In this document: positions 37,001-49,741 of the stretch, piece after piece
How the letters are laid out: every line of letters starts with the position of its first letter
How positions within the stretch are numbered: the first letter of the stretch is position 1
DNA from: Massalongia carnosa
Lineage: Eukaryota
DNA length: 64,000 nucleotides
NCBI GenBank assembly: GCA_965645245.1
Contig: OZ287073.1
Coordinates: 186,001 to 250,000, forward strand
Reading direction: 5' to 3'
Notes under the pieces: generated by a model
What the model saw: the letters and a program-made list of their open reading frames with translations, nothing else
What the model was told of the DNA's origin: nothing
Databases searched by the model: none
Made by a program: the position numbers and the translations under genes

Positions 37001-39347
37001 TCAAGGCAAGATGAACGAGGCCGAAGAGATGTATCTGCGGGCATTGACAGGAAAGGAAAAGGCCTGGGGTCCTGATCACACATCAACGCTCGACACAGTC
37101 AACAATCTAGGGGCTTTGTATGCAGATCAAGGCAAGATGAACGAGGCCGAAGAAATGTATCTGCGGGCATTGATAGGATACGAGAAGGCCTGGGGTCCTG
37201 ATCACACTTCAACGCTCAACACAGTCAACAATCTAGGAAATTTGTATAAAGATCAAGGCAAGATGAACGAGGCCGAAGAGATGTATCTGCGGGCATTGAC
37301 AGGATACGAAAAGGCCTGGGGTCCTGATCACACATCAACGCTCAACACAGTCAACAATCTAGGGCTTTTGTATGTAGATCAAGGCAAGATGAACGAGGCC
37401 GAAGAGATGTATCTGCGGGCATTGACAGGATACGAAAAGGCCTGGGGTCCTGATCACACATCAACGCTCGACACAGTCAACAATCTAGGAAGTCTGTATG
37501 CAGATCAAGGCAAGATGAACGAGGCCGAAGAGATGTATCTGCGGGCATTGACAGGAAAGGAAAAGGCCTGGGGTCCTGATCACACATCAACGCTCGACAC
37601 AGTCAACAATCTAGGGGCTTTGTATGCAGATCAAGGCAAGATGAACGAGGCCGAAGAAATGTATCTGCGGGCATTGATAGGATACGAGAAGGCCTGGGGT
37701 CCTGATCACACTTCAACGCTCAACACAGTCAACAATCTAGGAAATTTGTATGTTGATCAAGGCAAGATGAACGAGGCCGAAGAGATGTATCTGCGGGCAT
37801 TGACAGGAAAGGAAAAGGCCTGGGGTCCTGATCACACATCAACGCTCAACACAGTCAACAATCTAGGGCTTTTGTATGCAGATCAAGGCAAGATGAACGA
37901 GGCCGAAGAGATGTATCTGCGGGCATTGACAGGAAAGGAAAAGGCCTGGGGTCCTGATCACACATCAACGCTCGACACAGTCAACAATCTAGGAAATTTG
38001 TATAAAATCCAAGGCAAGATGAACGAGGCCGAAGAGATGTATCTGCGGGCATTGACAGGAATGGAAAAGGCCTGGGGTCCTGATCACACATCAACGCTCG
38101 ACACAGTCAACAATCTAGGGGCTTTGTATGCAGATCAAGGCAAGATGAACGAGGCCGAAGAAATGTATCTGCGGGCATTGATAGGATACGAGAAGGCCTG
38201 GGGTCCTGATCACACATCAACGCTCAACACAGTCAACAATCTAGGGCTTTTGTATAATAATCAAGGCAAGATGAACGAGGCTGAAGAGATGTATCTGCGG
38301 GCATTGACAGGAAAGGAAAAGGCCTGGGGTCCTGATCACACATCAACGCTCGACACAGTCAACAATCTAGGAAGTCTGTATAAAAGTCAAGGCAAGATGA
38401 ACGAGGCCGAAGAGATGTATCTGCGGGCATTGACAGGAAAGGAAAAGGCCTGGGGTCCTGATCACACATCAACGCTCGCCACAGTCAACAATCTAGGGCT
38501 TTTGTATGCAGATCAAGGCAAGATGAACGAGGCCGAAGAGATGTATCTGCGGGCATTGACAGGAAAGGAAAAGGCCTGGGGTCCTGATCACACATCAACG
38601 CTCAACACAGTCAACAATCTAGGAAATTTGTATAATAATCAAGGCAAGATGAACGAGGCCGAAGAGATGTATCTGCGGGCATTGACAGGAAAGGAAAAGG
38701 CCTGGGGTCCTGATCACACATCAACGCTCGACACAGTCAACAATCTAGGAAGTCTGTATAAAAGTCAAGGCAAGATGAACGAGGCCGAAGAGATGTATCT
38801 GCGGGCATTGACAGGAAAGGAAAAGGCCTGGGGTCCTGATCACACATCAACGCTCAACACAGTCAACAATCTAGGAAATTTGTATAATAATCAAGGCAAG
38901 ATGAACGAGGCCGAAGAGATGTATCTGCGGGCATTGACAGGATACGAAAAGGCCTGGGGTCCTGATCACACATCAACGCTCAACACAGTCAACAATCTAG
39001 GAAATTTGTATAATAATCAAGGCAAGATGAACGAGGCCGAAGAGATGTATCTGCGGGCATTGACAGGATACGAAAAGGCCTGGGGTCCTGATCACACATC
39101 AACGCTCGCCACAGTCAACAATCTAGGAATTCTGTATGCAGATCAAGGCAAGATGAACAAGGCCGAAGAGATGTATCTGCGGGCATTGACAGGAAAGGAA
39201 AAGGCCTGGGGTCCTGATCACACATCAACGCTCGACACAGTCAACAATCTAGGAAGTCTGTATGCAGATCAAGGCAGGATGAACGAGGCCGAAGAGATGT
39301 ATCTGCGGGGCTCAAGCGGCTTACCTGTGCCAGGTATGACATTCTAG
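34010..39347 (+). CDS. Fungal NLR: patatin-like phospholipase - NB-ARC - TPR (PLP-1-like architecture)
   Basis: Patatin DGGGVRG, GTSTG, FVDGA; P-loop GLGGSGKT; Walker B WLLIFDNVD; GLPLAL; 22 full 42-aa TPR units. Introns 34411-34469, 35054-35103 and probably 35734-35784 give one open frame. Confidence 0.93.
36498..39309 (+). repeat. Highly conserved 126-bp TPR tandem array (22 units plus partial)
   Basis: CAAGGCAAG at 36498 to CAAGGCAGG at 39270 spans 2772 bp = 22 x 126. Confidence 0.95.
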
Positions 39348-39843
39348 GCAGGACAAGGCCTGATGACATATTCAAACGTCAAAATGAAATCAAACCAATA
39401 CCCTCTGAAAGCTAGTTGAATCTTGCAGGCAATGGTGGAATTGAAATTCTATCGTTCAGCTGAGAGGGAACTTGAAGGTAAGGGGTACAAGGGCTCAAGT
39501 TGTACGGGGGAAGTTTCAATTTCTTGGCATCTTGTCTCGCTGTGCCAAATCGGATCAAATAGGAATTGAAAGAGAGTAGAGATTTAAAAGGGAGTAGTGA
39601 TTGAAAAGGGATAGGGACTAAAAAGCCTTGGGCATTTTTTCTGGCTGAAGATATCATGTTTCACAGGAGTTTAATATCGTTTTTTAATATTGCTACTATT
39701 GTACATAACGGTCTAGATAGTGGCCCCAAGGATAAAACCACTATCTCTGACTTCATGTGTGTTGCGCCGAGATGCTCTCCATCTATAACGCGGTACATGT
39801 ATGATTTAGGCAGCCATGTTAGATGAATATTAGATGGAGGCAG

Positions 39844-40041
39844 CTATCCTTTGTAAGAATACAGTGATTGATAGGTAAGGTCAGCATACCCACGATTGCC
39901 CCCGAAGTGAGCGACCCAAGTCTGACCTGTCCATGGCCGATGATCTGGTCCGTGATGATGAGTCTTTACACAGAAGGGACATTCTACGTATACTCCTAGG
40001 CTATTCCATTCGGTCGCTGTTGCAAATGGTACGGTAGCCAT
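39844..40041 (-). pseudogene. Gene fragment with CxxC-HxH motif, resembling the N-terminus of fungal ankyrin-deaminase proteins
   Basis: MATVPFATATEWNSLGVYVECPFCVKTHHHG...TWVAHF...YQSLY. Confidence 0.4.
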
Positions 40042-40349
40042 GATTTTGAAGATGGGATGTTGCGAGGGAGTAGAGGAGCCGAAATTGGGAGCTAGAGCGA
40101 TACGAGAGTTGATGCTGATGATGACGCAGCAGTCATAGGCTACAAGGAGCGAAGAACCCATAAGAACCCGAGATGGTCATGAGACTTACCATTCGACGCA
40201 TCGAAAACAGCAGAAGGCTATGGAATTAGACAAGCTCGATGCCGAACCGAAGCTTTTCTATGGGGAGGCAACCTATTATGGCCGCTCGTAAGGTGGTGAC
40301 CTCAAAAGGAATTTATATAACCAATCTGCACGCAAAGGCCGAATGACAG

Positions 40350-42530
40350 TCAAGTGGGCGTCTTGTGAACCAACTCCGCATGGTTCTGCAAGTGCATTGT
40401 GCTTGTCAAAATATCTTGACACCTTGGATTAGAGCATGCGATCGGATGACCGTCCTGATGATGACGAAGGTGTTTACAATGGAAGTGCTTTTTCAGATCG
40501 TAGTGGCTGTGGAAAGACTTCAGACGTGTCTCGGTGGGTAGCGCTACACAGCCGAGGCAAAAGATACATTGAGTGGGTTCGCATTCAATCGGGACGGAGT
40601 CTGAAAGAGAGGCCGGATCGAGGACAGATGGTGGTGTCAGATGCCGTTCCTTGATGACCGACGCGGAAAGTTTTGAACGACGTGGACGCTTGCTTTCCTG
40701 CAAGCGACAAAGGGCTGTCAAAGCATTGATCGCTTCCACCCGCCGTTTGCACTCTTCCTCTGAGGATGACTTCACGAAGGTGAGGAGGGTATCGATGACC
40801 CGGACACGCTCCTCGAAGACGTAATCCTCTGCCTTCGCCGTCTCCAGTTCTTCCGACGGCAGTCCTTTCAGCTTTCGTTGAATGTCGATCACCGGCTGCT
40901 CCCTCTTATACCTCGCTTTGACTCTTGTAAAAGAGCCTCCTCGGCCGCCGTTTTATGTTGCGATGAGCTTGATATGCCTTTTGGTACTTATCGTACACTG
41001 ATGTCCCCTTCATGCTCGCGATGGGTCCATGATTGTCTTTGATGAACTGGAACATTTTCTTTTGCCTCCGGCGAAGGAGTCTCACCTCTGGCTGACGATC
41101 GACCTGGGCTTTTTGGGCGTCATTGAGCTTCCGAGGCCGTCGTCGATCAATCGTACGACTCATTCCACTGGCGAGCCGTATCAACGCATTTTGCGGCTTC
41201 AAACCATGATAGGCGGCCCCGGCATCACTTGTGATATACCTCGAGAGATAGATTTTTAAAGAACACGGTGGAGTTGTGATGTTGCAAAATCAGATTCCGT
41301 TGCGATTCACTGATAAAGCCTGTGCAAGGGTCAGCGAAAAGCTCAAAAGAAGATTGACAGAGGTCGTGTTACACACTTGCTGTTGTCGAGAGCTTCGCTA
41401 TTGCCGCGTCGAAAGATGTATGAACCGGTGGGAAGCTTCATGCCGGTGACGCTTCCAAGGGTTATCATCCGTGAGCGAAGAGTACTGTCAGTACTGTCAG
41501 GCAGAGCTTTGTCATCCGAAATTCGAACTCCGTTCACGGTGAATTCGGATCGGCGGAAGAGGAGAACGTGTAGCATCGTTTCCTTAAGGGGAAACGGCAG
41601 CTGTTTCTATCCCCGGGGGATCCGGAGACGGAATAACTGTTCGGCAGAAATTAATTCGGGAGCGGCGAAGGCCTGATCGATAAAGATCAAAGTGAGTAGG
41701 TTCAGACGAGGACAAAGCAACAGGCATGGTTCGTCAGGCTCGTCAGGAATCCTGAACTCATTTCTATGATACTTGTCAGTCGTTCAGCGAAACTGTCCGT
41801 CTCGACGAAGAAAGCACAAAAGGGCAACATGGACGTTTCTTTATCGCCTAGATAGCCCTTCGTATTCTTGAATGCGATTTCAATCAACCGTCGAGGAAGC
41901 TCCCCTCCTCCGAGATCCGCAAGCAAGGTGATCTTAACATCTTTGTAGCACACACCCAAGAGGGCAGCAGGACGGTTTTCTGTGATTCCGGCTAGCTGCA
42001 TGATCAAGGCTAGTTGTACACGGTGCCGCTCGTGATCAAAGACGATCCCGACGGAGAGAAACAATGTCTTCAGGAGCTCGAACTCGTCCTCGGCCCGCAT
42101 GATGAGCTTCTTCTTCTTCTTCTTCTTCTTCTCAGTCCTTAACCCATGCTTCAGAGCGAGCCGTTGTCTCGCCTAGTACTGGTTAATCAATAGAGGCGTA
42201 GAATGGGGCTCTCATACCCCGTGCATCTGGCTTTTGATAAGCGGGTCGATCTCTAGACAGCCAGTCTCTTTCTTTAGTGTTTGCAGGATACTAGCCGTAC
42301 TCAGCCGATCTTTTCGAATGGAGAGTAGCCAGTCGAAGAAGACGTAGAGGATGTTGATAGAGATCTCATTGAGAGTCATGACGGGGTTCTTCCCAGTGAA
42401 TTCGCAATATCTGTCAGCCTCGATCAGATTTCGCCAGTCCACGATAGTAGTAGTAGCATCTCCTTACCGATACCAAAGGTTCTTAATCTAGCTCTATAGA
42501 TCCTCGCTGCTATCCTTGTAAACTCGTTCA
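40350..42530 (-). pseudogene. DUF3435 tyrosine recombinase (Starship captain family), degraded
   Basis: HERHRVQLALIMQLAGITENRPAALL, FKNTKGYLG, CLLLCP, SYIFRRGNSEALD, QRNLILQH, YLSRYIT, GMSRTIDRRRPRKL, RRVEAINALTALC, QCIFCLG, HLQNHAELVH; introns plus several frameshifts/stops; no clear start. Confidence 0.88.
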
Positions 42531-45200
42531 GGGAAAAATTAGAGTCGACGAGCGTGGACGATAGGTGATCGACGTGAAGGAGGGACGGCGAAAATGGAAG
42601 TGGGAGAATAAGAGGGTTGGAAAGGCGAAGATGAAGGGTAGAGGGACACGAAGAGAAAGGTCGTCAGAGACGATGGGAACGGAGGGGAAGCTGAGCAGAA
42701 CAGCCGATTCTGGAGGTCGGGGGGAACGATGAAATAAATACCAGTTGTCGGACAAGGACCATGAGGGCCAGCTGAGTGATGATGCTTGAGGCATGAAACG
42801 CTCGACGTGGTAAGGTGATGCGCAAGAGCGACCGGGGACGGGTAGGGCGGCGGGAAAAATCCAGCAATATAGAAGCTGAAACAAATAATGTGAAGAGAGA
42901 AGCTGCAATTTATGATTTGAAAGTGGAGGACTGAGCGCCTTGAGGTCTACTTTCGCGTTAGCAAGTGCGTTCTAGACGTGCGAACTAGCTAACTTATACT
43001 CGATATGCGTTTGGGAAGAGAATTTTGATATGTGGCTTTTAGATGGCAGACAGTCTTTCATTATATTTATTATCTTATAAGTATTCCTCACAGTCATTAA
43101 GATGAGAGATGAACCACTGCATTTCATTTCAGGCTTGTTTTCTCTGCCCAAAAAAAGGTCAGTAATGTTTTGATCTCGAAAATATAGGCACACATTAACT
43201 CACTTCGCAATGACTCAGAGAGGCCATCTCTTCTATGTTTGCTAATAAATAACACACCAGGCTGTAACTAAATAACAAGGGTGTTTACATTGATATATGA
43301 CCTCGGTATAATCACACATGTTAAGATGAAAGGCAGCAGAAACGAGATTAAAGAATCTAACAACCTGGCGAGAGATGGAAGTGCTTCTGAAGGAGAGAGA
43401 GGTTTAAATAGACTTTGCATATACGGCGAAGAAAGCCTCTTTCTATATGCTTTCCGATCTCGTTCTCCAGACAAAGTCATCATCCTGCGCCCCTAATCTC
43501 AACAGAGCAGAATACATAGTCATCGCACATTCTTGTCCAGAACCCCTCCAGCAATAGTAGCTGCATACTTTATACTAGTCAGTAGATGTTTCATGACCAA
43601 ATCCATTGGCTGACGTAAAGAAAACCGAGCCCATAGGGATCATAAGCCCATAAGCTGCCTTCACAGCGAATCAAAGTATCATGTACGCCACAGATGTCTG
43701 CGTTGAGGACGTACATGAAAACCGGGTATTGAGCTTGATTTATTGATCTAAGCTCTTGGTGATTGGAGAATGATTTACGTTTTAGATAGACACTTGAAAT
43801 TGACACTTGGAATTGAGGTGATGATTGCTTGCATTGAAAGGATTTTGCACCCATTCTCTCAGTTACTAGAATGTTGGGATTCGGTTAATAGATTACCGTA
43901 TCCGAGCTACATATCGCTTACTGCTTGACCACTAAACTGGCTGACACCGGGGAACCATACGGTCTTGGGCAGATTGGAGCTGAATTTCGGGTGAAACTGG
44001 CCTCCGGTGATAGAGCAGCAGTGACGCACATATCCGCTTGAGAATCTATGGAGATCTGAGAGATCATAGGATGGGTTGAAGTAGAGACTGAGTTTATTGA
44101 ACTACTGAGCTCGATAGAGCAGAATATATAGCTCAAATGATAACTAAGTACACATGTGAAAGGGGACATACAGAGGACATGTGAAAGGGGACATGTCGAG
44201 TGCATGTGATTGAACATGTGAAAGAGTGAGATTATTCCGGCTGATAGAATCTATAAAGTCCTCAGTTTGAAAAAAGTTCATCAATCCGGAAGACTTTGTA
44301 AACCCTAAACCTGCTAACAGCAGCGAAGAATGTCCTTTGATGTCAGAAATTGATCTATCTGATTGACGGATGAATTCTGCTTGCTCTGAGATTGAGTTGT
44401 CGAAGAGTGAGATAGCCGATGGAGGATATTGTCTATTGCAATGTATTTCAACTCTGCTTTCTCTGTAGGCTATGATCTCGCGGTGGAATCATCCTGCAAC
44501 CTTCAACGAAGCGACTTTGAAACAAAGGACTCACTCCTTACGGAACATGACGTGTATCTTCTTGATTTTAATCCTTATATTTGTTTTTATGATCCTTTGA
44601 CTAGCTACGAGTTATTGATGAAGGCTTAAAGTGTTCAGAATACTCGCTTAGCCCCATTAGTTCTAGCTCAGCCCTGCGGGCTGCCATGACTGCTATAAGC
44701 CTTAGTAACCTGAAGTTGAAGTCTCGCGCAGCGCTTGCGCAGCGAGAAAATTTTTTCTTTTGAAGCAATTTAAACCGTCAAATGGGGCATCCTTCAACGA
44801 GTAGATCCGTGCCTGAATTGTCTGATTTGATGTGCTGTGAGGTGTAGGATCGCCGTGCAAAACCGACGCCCTGCTTGGCCCTGGTTGTTGCGAAAGTCGA
44901 CATTTGCGCTTCGCAATCGAATCACAAAGGGGTTTTGCTAGAATTTTAAAACTGGGTTTGCTGAAAATAGCATCTTCTGAATAGAAGAAGCATCTTACCC
45001 CGAGTAGAATTAACGTAGCGCTGATGGCGCGATACGTGATGCGGTTGCACGCCTCGTCACAAGATGTCCCACCCAGTCACAGGAACGAGAAGAAGGTACT
45101 ACGGGCACATTACGAGCGATCGCTTCTTAATAGAAACGATGTTACAGGCCTCCATGACTAGTACTCGTAGAGAGAAAGAAAGGTATCATTGACCTATCTA

Positions 45201-48028
45201 CTATCTACGAAGCAGATCCTCTCCAGCGTCAATACGCTTAGAGATCTGATGTCCAGAGAACCCCAAACTGTTAACTTCCCGCGCAATATCCCACGAATCC
45301 CTCCCCTGCTCATTCGCCTTCCCCTGAAGATACCGACGGATCCGTCTTTTGACGTAGAACCGCTGCCTCAGGGCAGGAGTGTACCTCCACTTAGCCCAGA
45401 AGAGGTGGTCCAACTCGTCGAGAGACGTACGCCGGACCCCCTCCACCAACGTATCCACCGCGAATTCCTCCAACACCGCCTCCGTCGAGGTCACGCCGCC
45501 GAGAATGGGCTCCGCCGGGCAGTCAGGAGGACGCTGAGGCGACCCCTCTTGGGGGAGGGAGCCACAGGGCGCAGAGACTGTAGACGCCTCTCCGGGGACG
45601 GAAGTGAGGACGACAGAAGGTGTAGGAAGGAGAGAAGCGACTGCGTCGACGTACGAGGACGCCGACGCAGCAGGCTCTTCACTAACGGAATGCGCCGCCG
45701 TCGCAAGAGCAGTCGCCTGCCCTCGCCAAGAAGCCTCGTCCAGCAGCCAGTCCCTCCGAACAGCCTCCACAGGAACCGTCAGAAAGGATCGAGGTAGCGT
45801 TGAGACCGTGGCCTGCAACTGTGAGAGCTGCGAACCCAGGACTCGAGCTATCTCCTGGGCATTTGCCGCCGGCAGCGCACTCAAGATGGTCGTCGCACTC
45901 AAGATGGTCGTTAGCTGGCTCTGCCCGGAGAGCAACCTCTCCACAGCGTTGAGCGTGCGATCTTGCTTGATCGCAACACCGCTGACCTTGTTACTGACGC
46001 CATCAACGGAGTCAGCAACAAGAGACAGCACGCCATGGATGGCCACGTACAAAGGTTCATTTTTTACGGCCTCCAACTCCCGTATCTTCGCCGCGAACGC
46101 AGGCCAAAGGGGATCTCTGAAGACTTGGTGTCTCCAGAGCGAAAGCTTAGGAAACTGAGGCTGTAGAAGCACCGCGTCTTGCAGGAAGACACAACGCAGC
46201 CGCAGCAACATCTCTAGAACCTCCTTCCTTGCCTCATCCGCATCAGGAAAAAGATCGCCTTTGTACGCCGCTAGAGCGTCATCCACCCAAGACCACACTT
46301 GCCGCTGCAGGGCCAGATCCGGTGAGTGTCCTCCTCTTCTCAAAAAGTAACTCCCTGGGGAGTTGCTAAAGCCGGCGGCGCGACGCATGTAGACACGCGG
46401 CAGGCGGGTGAGGTAGTTAGTGGCCCAGACGCCACGTTCCCATCCGCCTGCTCTCATGATCTGTAGTAGTTGGTATAAGGGTAATGCTAGTAAGTATAAG
46501 GGGCCATGAATCATAGAGTACTTGCCTAGTCCGCGGGGACCTCTCACATGTCGGCCAGCCGTGACGAGGACTGCCGCATGGTGTGGACCGTCTTGGAGCT
46601 GTCGACGCCGACAGCATCCAAAGCCGGCTTAATCCATCGGGCCTGTGTTTTGTCGGAGATCTTCTCCTTAGATCGCGCCAGGCTCCCGGAGATGACCTTC
46701 GTGAAATATCACGAAGATCGATCTCGGAAGTCCGGCCGCTTCTCCAGAAGGAGGTCCCAGCGCAAGACGAGCCAATGGGCGAGGGCGCCGAGAGGACAGA
46801 GGACGACATCTCTGCTCCGCAAATCACCATGATAATGCTGACGGCGCGAGTTGCCCCCGTCCGCCAGATGAACGCTCTTCCCCTGGCCAATTCGAAGGAT
46901 AAACGCAAGGCATTCGGACCCCTCGTTAGGAAGGTCGTAGGCGCAGAGGTCAGGTAGCTCAGCCCTTCGCGTTGACTTCCCCCGCAGCATCATCGAATGC
47001 ATTAGAAGGAAGTCGAGGCGAGTCCGCAGAAGATGCCACTCGCCGCCCGCCACGCCCTCCTCCCCAAAAACCTTGCCCCCGGCGAGCAGCATTGCCGACA
47101 ATTGAGCGGCCTGCTCAGTCGTGTAGCCGTCGGTGAGGCCGTGGATCGCGCGATCCTTGAACGAGGCTCGCTTGAAAGCGCTTCAATCGATGCGTAAGCG
47201 CGCCATCAGGGCTTTGATGACCTTCCCTCTGGGATGGGGCACCACCAAATTCTCTTCGAGATGCTGATCATCGAAGAGGACGCAGAGGGCAGAGACGTAG
47301 CCCGATTCCACGCTATCGGGCGCCAGGGGCCGGGATAAAGGATCGTCGGCTTGCTGCAAGACGAGTCAGTAAGCTACAAAAAGATGCTTCTATTCCTGAA
47401 TTCGAGTTCAGGGGGCGACTCACCGTCTCAACTAGCTCCTCGCCGTCGGAGAGTTCCTCGAATTTTTCCACCTCCTCCACCTCCTCTCCCTCTACCGCTG
47501 GCGAGGCTTCCACCGCCTTCATCGCCTTCCCCTTCCCCCTCTTCAACGCGCGGCGCTTAGCCTGCCGTTGGCGATTCTGATCCCGCCGCCTGGCCTGCGC
47601 TGCTGCGCCTGTGAGCTTGGGACGTGGGACGAAGCGCAGGTGGAGGACGACCTCTTCGAGGAAGAGGAGCATCTTCCGCTCCCACACAAGGACGCCGTCA
47701 GGAAAATTGCGACGTCGGCACCACTTCTGTAGGATGTTAGCGTAAGCCCAAATTTGCAGGGCATACCTATCGTAGTCACCTCCCACAGATGCCAGCACTT
47801 GCGGTACGTCTTAAGGGTGTTTGCCCTCCGATCCTCCTCCCGCATCCCGCGGACGCGCCTCATGGTGGCGGCCATGGCGGCCTCGTTGTTGCCGTGGGTG
47901 GCATAGGCCTGAGACTCACGCTTGACGGCGTCGACATCAACGTAAGCCTCAGGAGGAGGCCAAGAAAGAGGCGCCGCCGTCTCCGGATCTGCGACAGCGG
48001 GGCCTGCAGCGGAGGGGCCAGGGTCCAT
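45201..48028 (-). mobile_element. CryptonF-type tyrosine recombinase (Ndc10 domain-II-like plus Gcr1 C-terminal-like), disrupted
   Basis: LRTRLDFLLMHSMMLRGKSTRRAEL, GQGK, CPLGALAHWLVLRW, VHTMRQ, RAGGW...NYLTRLP, and C-terminal LDELDHLFWAKWR...FYVKRRI; visibly GC-richer than flanks; stops near 46527-46548. Confidence 0.85.
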
Positions 48029-48334
48029 CGTGCGGCCGCCAAAGAGGGTATCCGTGGTATGTAGAACGCTCGTTGATCAGCAAGTCGCTCGCGGCGCAAA
48101 ACGGGGACAGGCAGGCTTTTTGCAGTTCGACTGAATGGGTCGAGGAGAGAAAATCGTGGTATGGAGCTTGGTCACGGGCGATATTGTCCATATACAGCGT
48201 GACGATTTTGCAGGGTAACGCCTATAAGTGGGTTTATACCCCAAAGTCACAGGCGATAAGGCCACTTTTGGAAGGACCGCCAAGCCAGCATTTTTTACGC
48301 TAAATCTCAATCCCGCGGCCCCAAAAAAAAAATC

Positions 48335-49741
48335 GGCCTCGGATAAGCCACCCGTTCGGGCCAGCCACCCCCATCGAAAATATCCTGGCCAACTATCCCC
48401 CTCCACCAAAAGCAAAACAACATCACCACGATGCTTCTACCATCCCCAAAATTAACTAAAAATTATCACTATCCATACGCATTTCTTTCCAGATGGCCTT
48501 TGCGAACTTCACTTTACCATTAAAAGCATGATATCGCTCCTTTTCTCCGGCTAATGTTTCCTCTTTTTGCTTTTTGTTCACCCACAGTTAGCACCCTCGC
48601 TTTATCACACCCCTTTCTAGACGCCTTTTGGCGTCGCTGAGCCTGTATTTCAACTAGTTCCTGATTGGTATGCCGTTGGATAACTCTATCAGCCACGTCA
48701 TTCAATGCGGTTGTTTGAAGTAATTCAACATGCGCGCGGAGAGATGGAGTTACACGGGTTTACAAAGCATCGCTAGCTACCTGAATGCGTTTGTTCGTTG
48801 TGGGGGTAGTGGTGACGATGTCGCGAGGTGAAGGAATGATAGATCTAGGCAATGTGCCTAAAACATGCTCAGGATTGTATGGAATAAGACCTCCCCCCCG
48901 CCATGCATTCATGATATTGATGAACTTCATAGCTTGCTCTCTAGCCTCCTAAATAAGGTGTGGGAACTCCAATTTCGAGACATTTACGGCCCCGTAACGA
49001 GACCGCGCAGAAACAAGCGTCTTATAAGCCTTAGATAGCGGGCCAAAGACACCCACATCTAATGGCTACAATAGATAAGTAGAATGAGGTGGCAAACAAA
49101 GGGCTATGATTCTCTCCTGGTCGCAGAACTTAATAAAGTTCATGGATATATGACTTTCATGACCATCCACAATCAACATTTTATAAATCCCCTGTGTGCG
49201 TTTTGTCTGCGGATGGAAGACATGTTCTAGCCAATGAAAACCTATCTCTGCATCTGTCCAACCATTAGGGCTGACTTGCAGAGTGGTCAAAGGATCAGCA
49301 ATGGCCTCTAACCAATCTTTTTGAACCTGACTACCCTGGAAAATGTTATAGGCAGGGAGAACTGTTCCGCGAGAGGATATGCATTCGACTAAAGAAACCC
49401 AGTCCCTATTCCCTGGATGCACATTGAATGGGGTTGTTTTCCTCTTGACTATCACTTTAGAACTATCCGCAATGCCCATGGCAAAACCCTTTTCATCCAT
49501 ATTGTAAATATCTTCATCTGCGACTCCATACTTTGCTCGGGTGGTCATGTACAGTTCAAATCATTCCTTCAGAATTTTGGGATGACATGCGTCTTTTCTC
49601 TATTGTTCCAAGTTTCTTTTGAATTTAGTTTTGAATTGGAGATGTCTATTCATGAAGTTTTTATACCAATGATGTCCTAGGGGTTTTGAGTCCCCTTTTG
49701 CTTCCAGCAGACTTTTAGTCATGCTCTCGAGGTGTTGAATA
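48335..49741 (-). mobile_element. pogo/Fot1-type Tc1-mariner transposon remnant, 5' part lost
   Basis: IYNMDEKGF, NRDWVSLVECIS, SPNGWTD, LIVDGHESH, CLPPHSTYLL*PLDVGVFGPL; GCCACCC-rich TIR-like end near 48335-48372. Confidence 0.85.

Noticed and set aside
36498..39309. CRISPR-like regular repeat array
   Set aside because: Contiguous in-frame coding repeats with no unique spacers, no cas genes, eukaryotic context.
42530..43300. Starship terminal direct or inverted repeat
   Set aside because: No convincing motif or partner end can be identified without an empty-site comparison.
43872..44319. LTR-like segment TGTTGGG...GCTAACA with internal CATGTGAAAG repeats
   Set aside because: Flanks (TAGAA / GCAGC) do not form a TSD, so the boundaries are unsupported.
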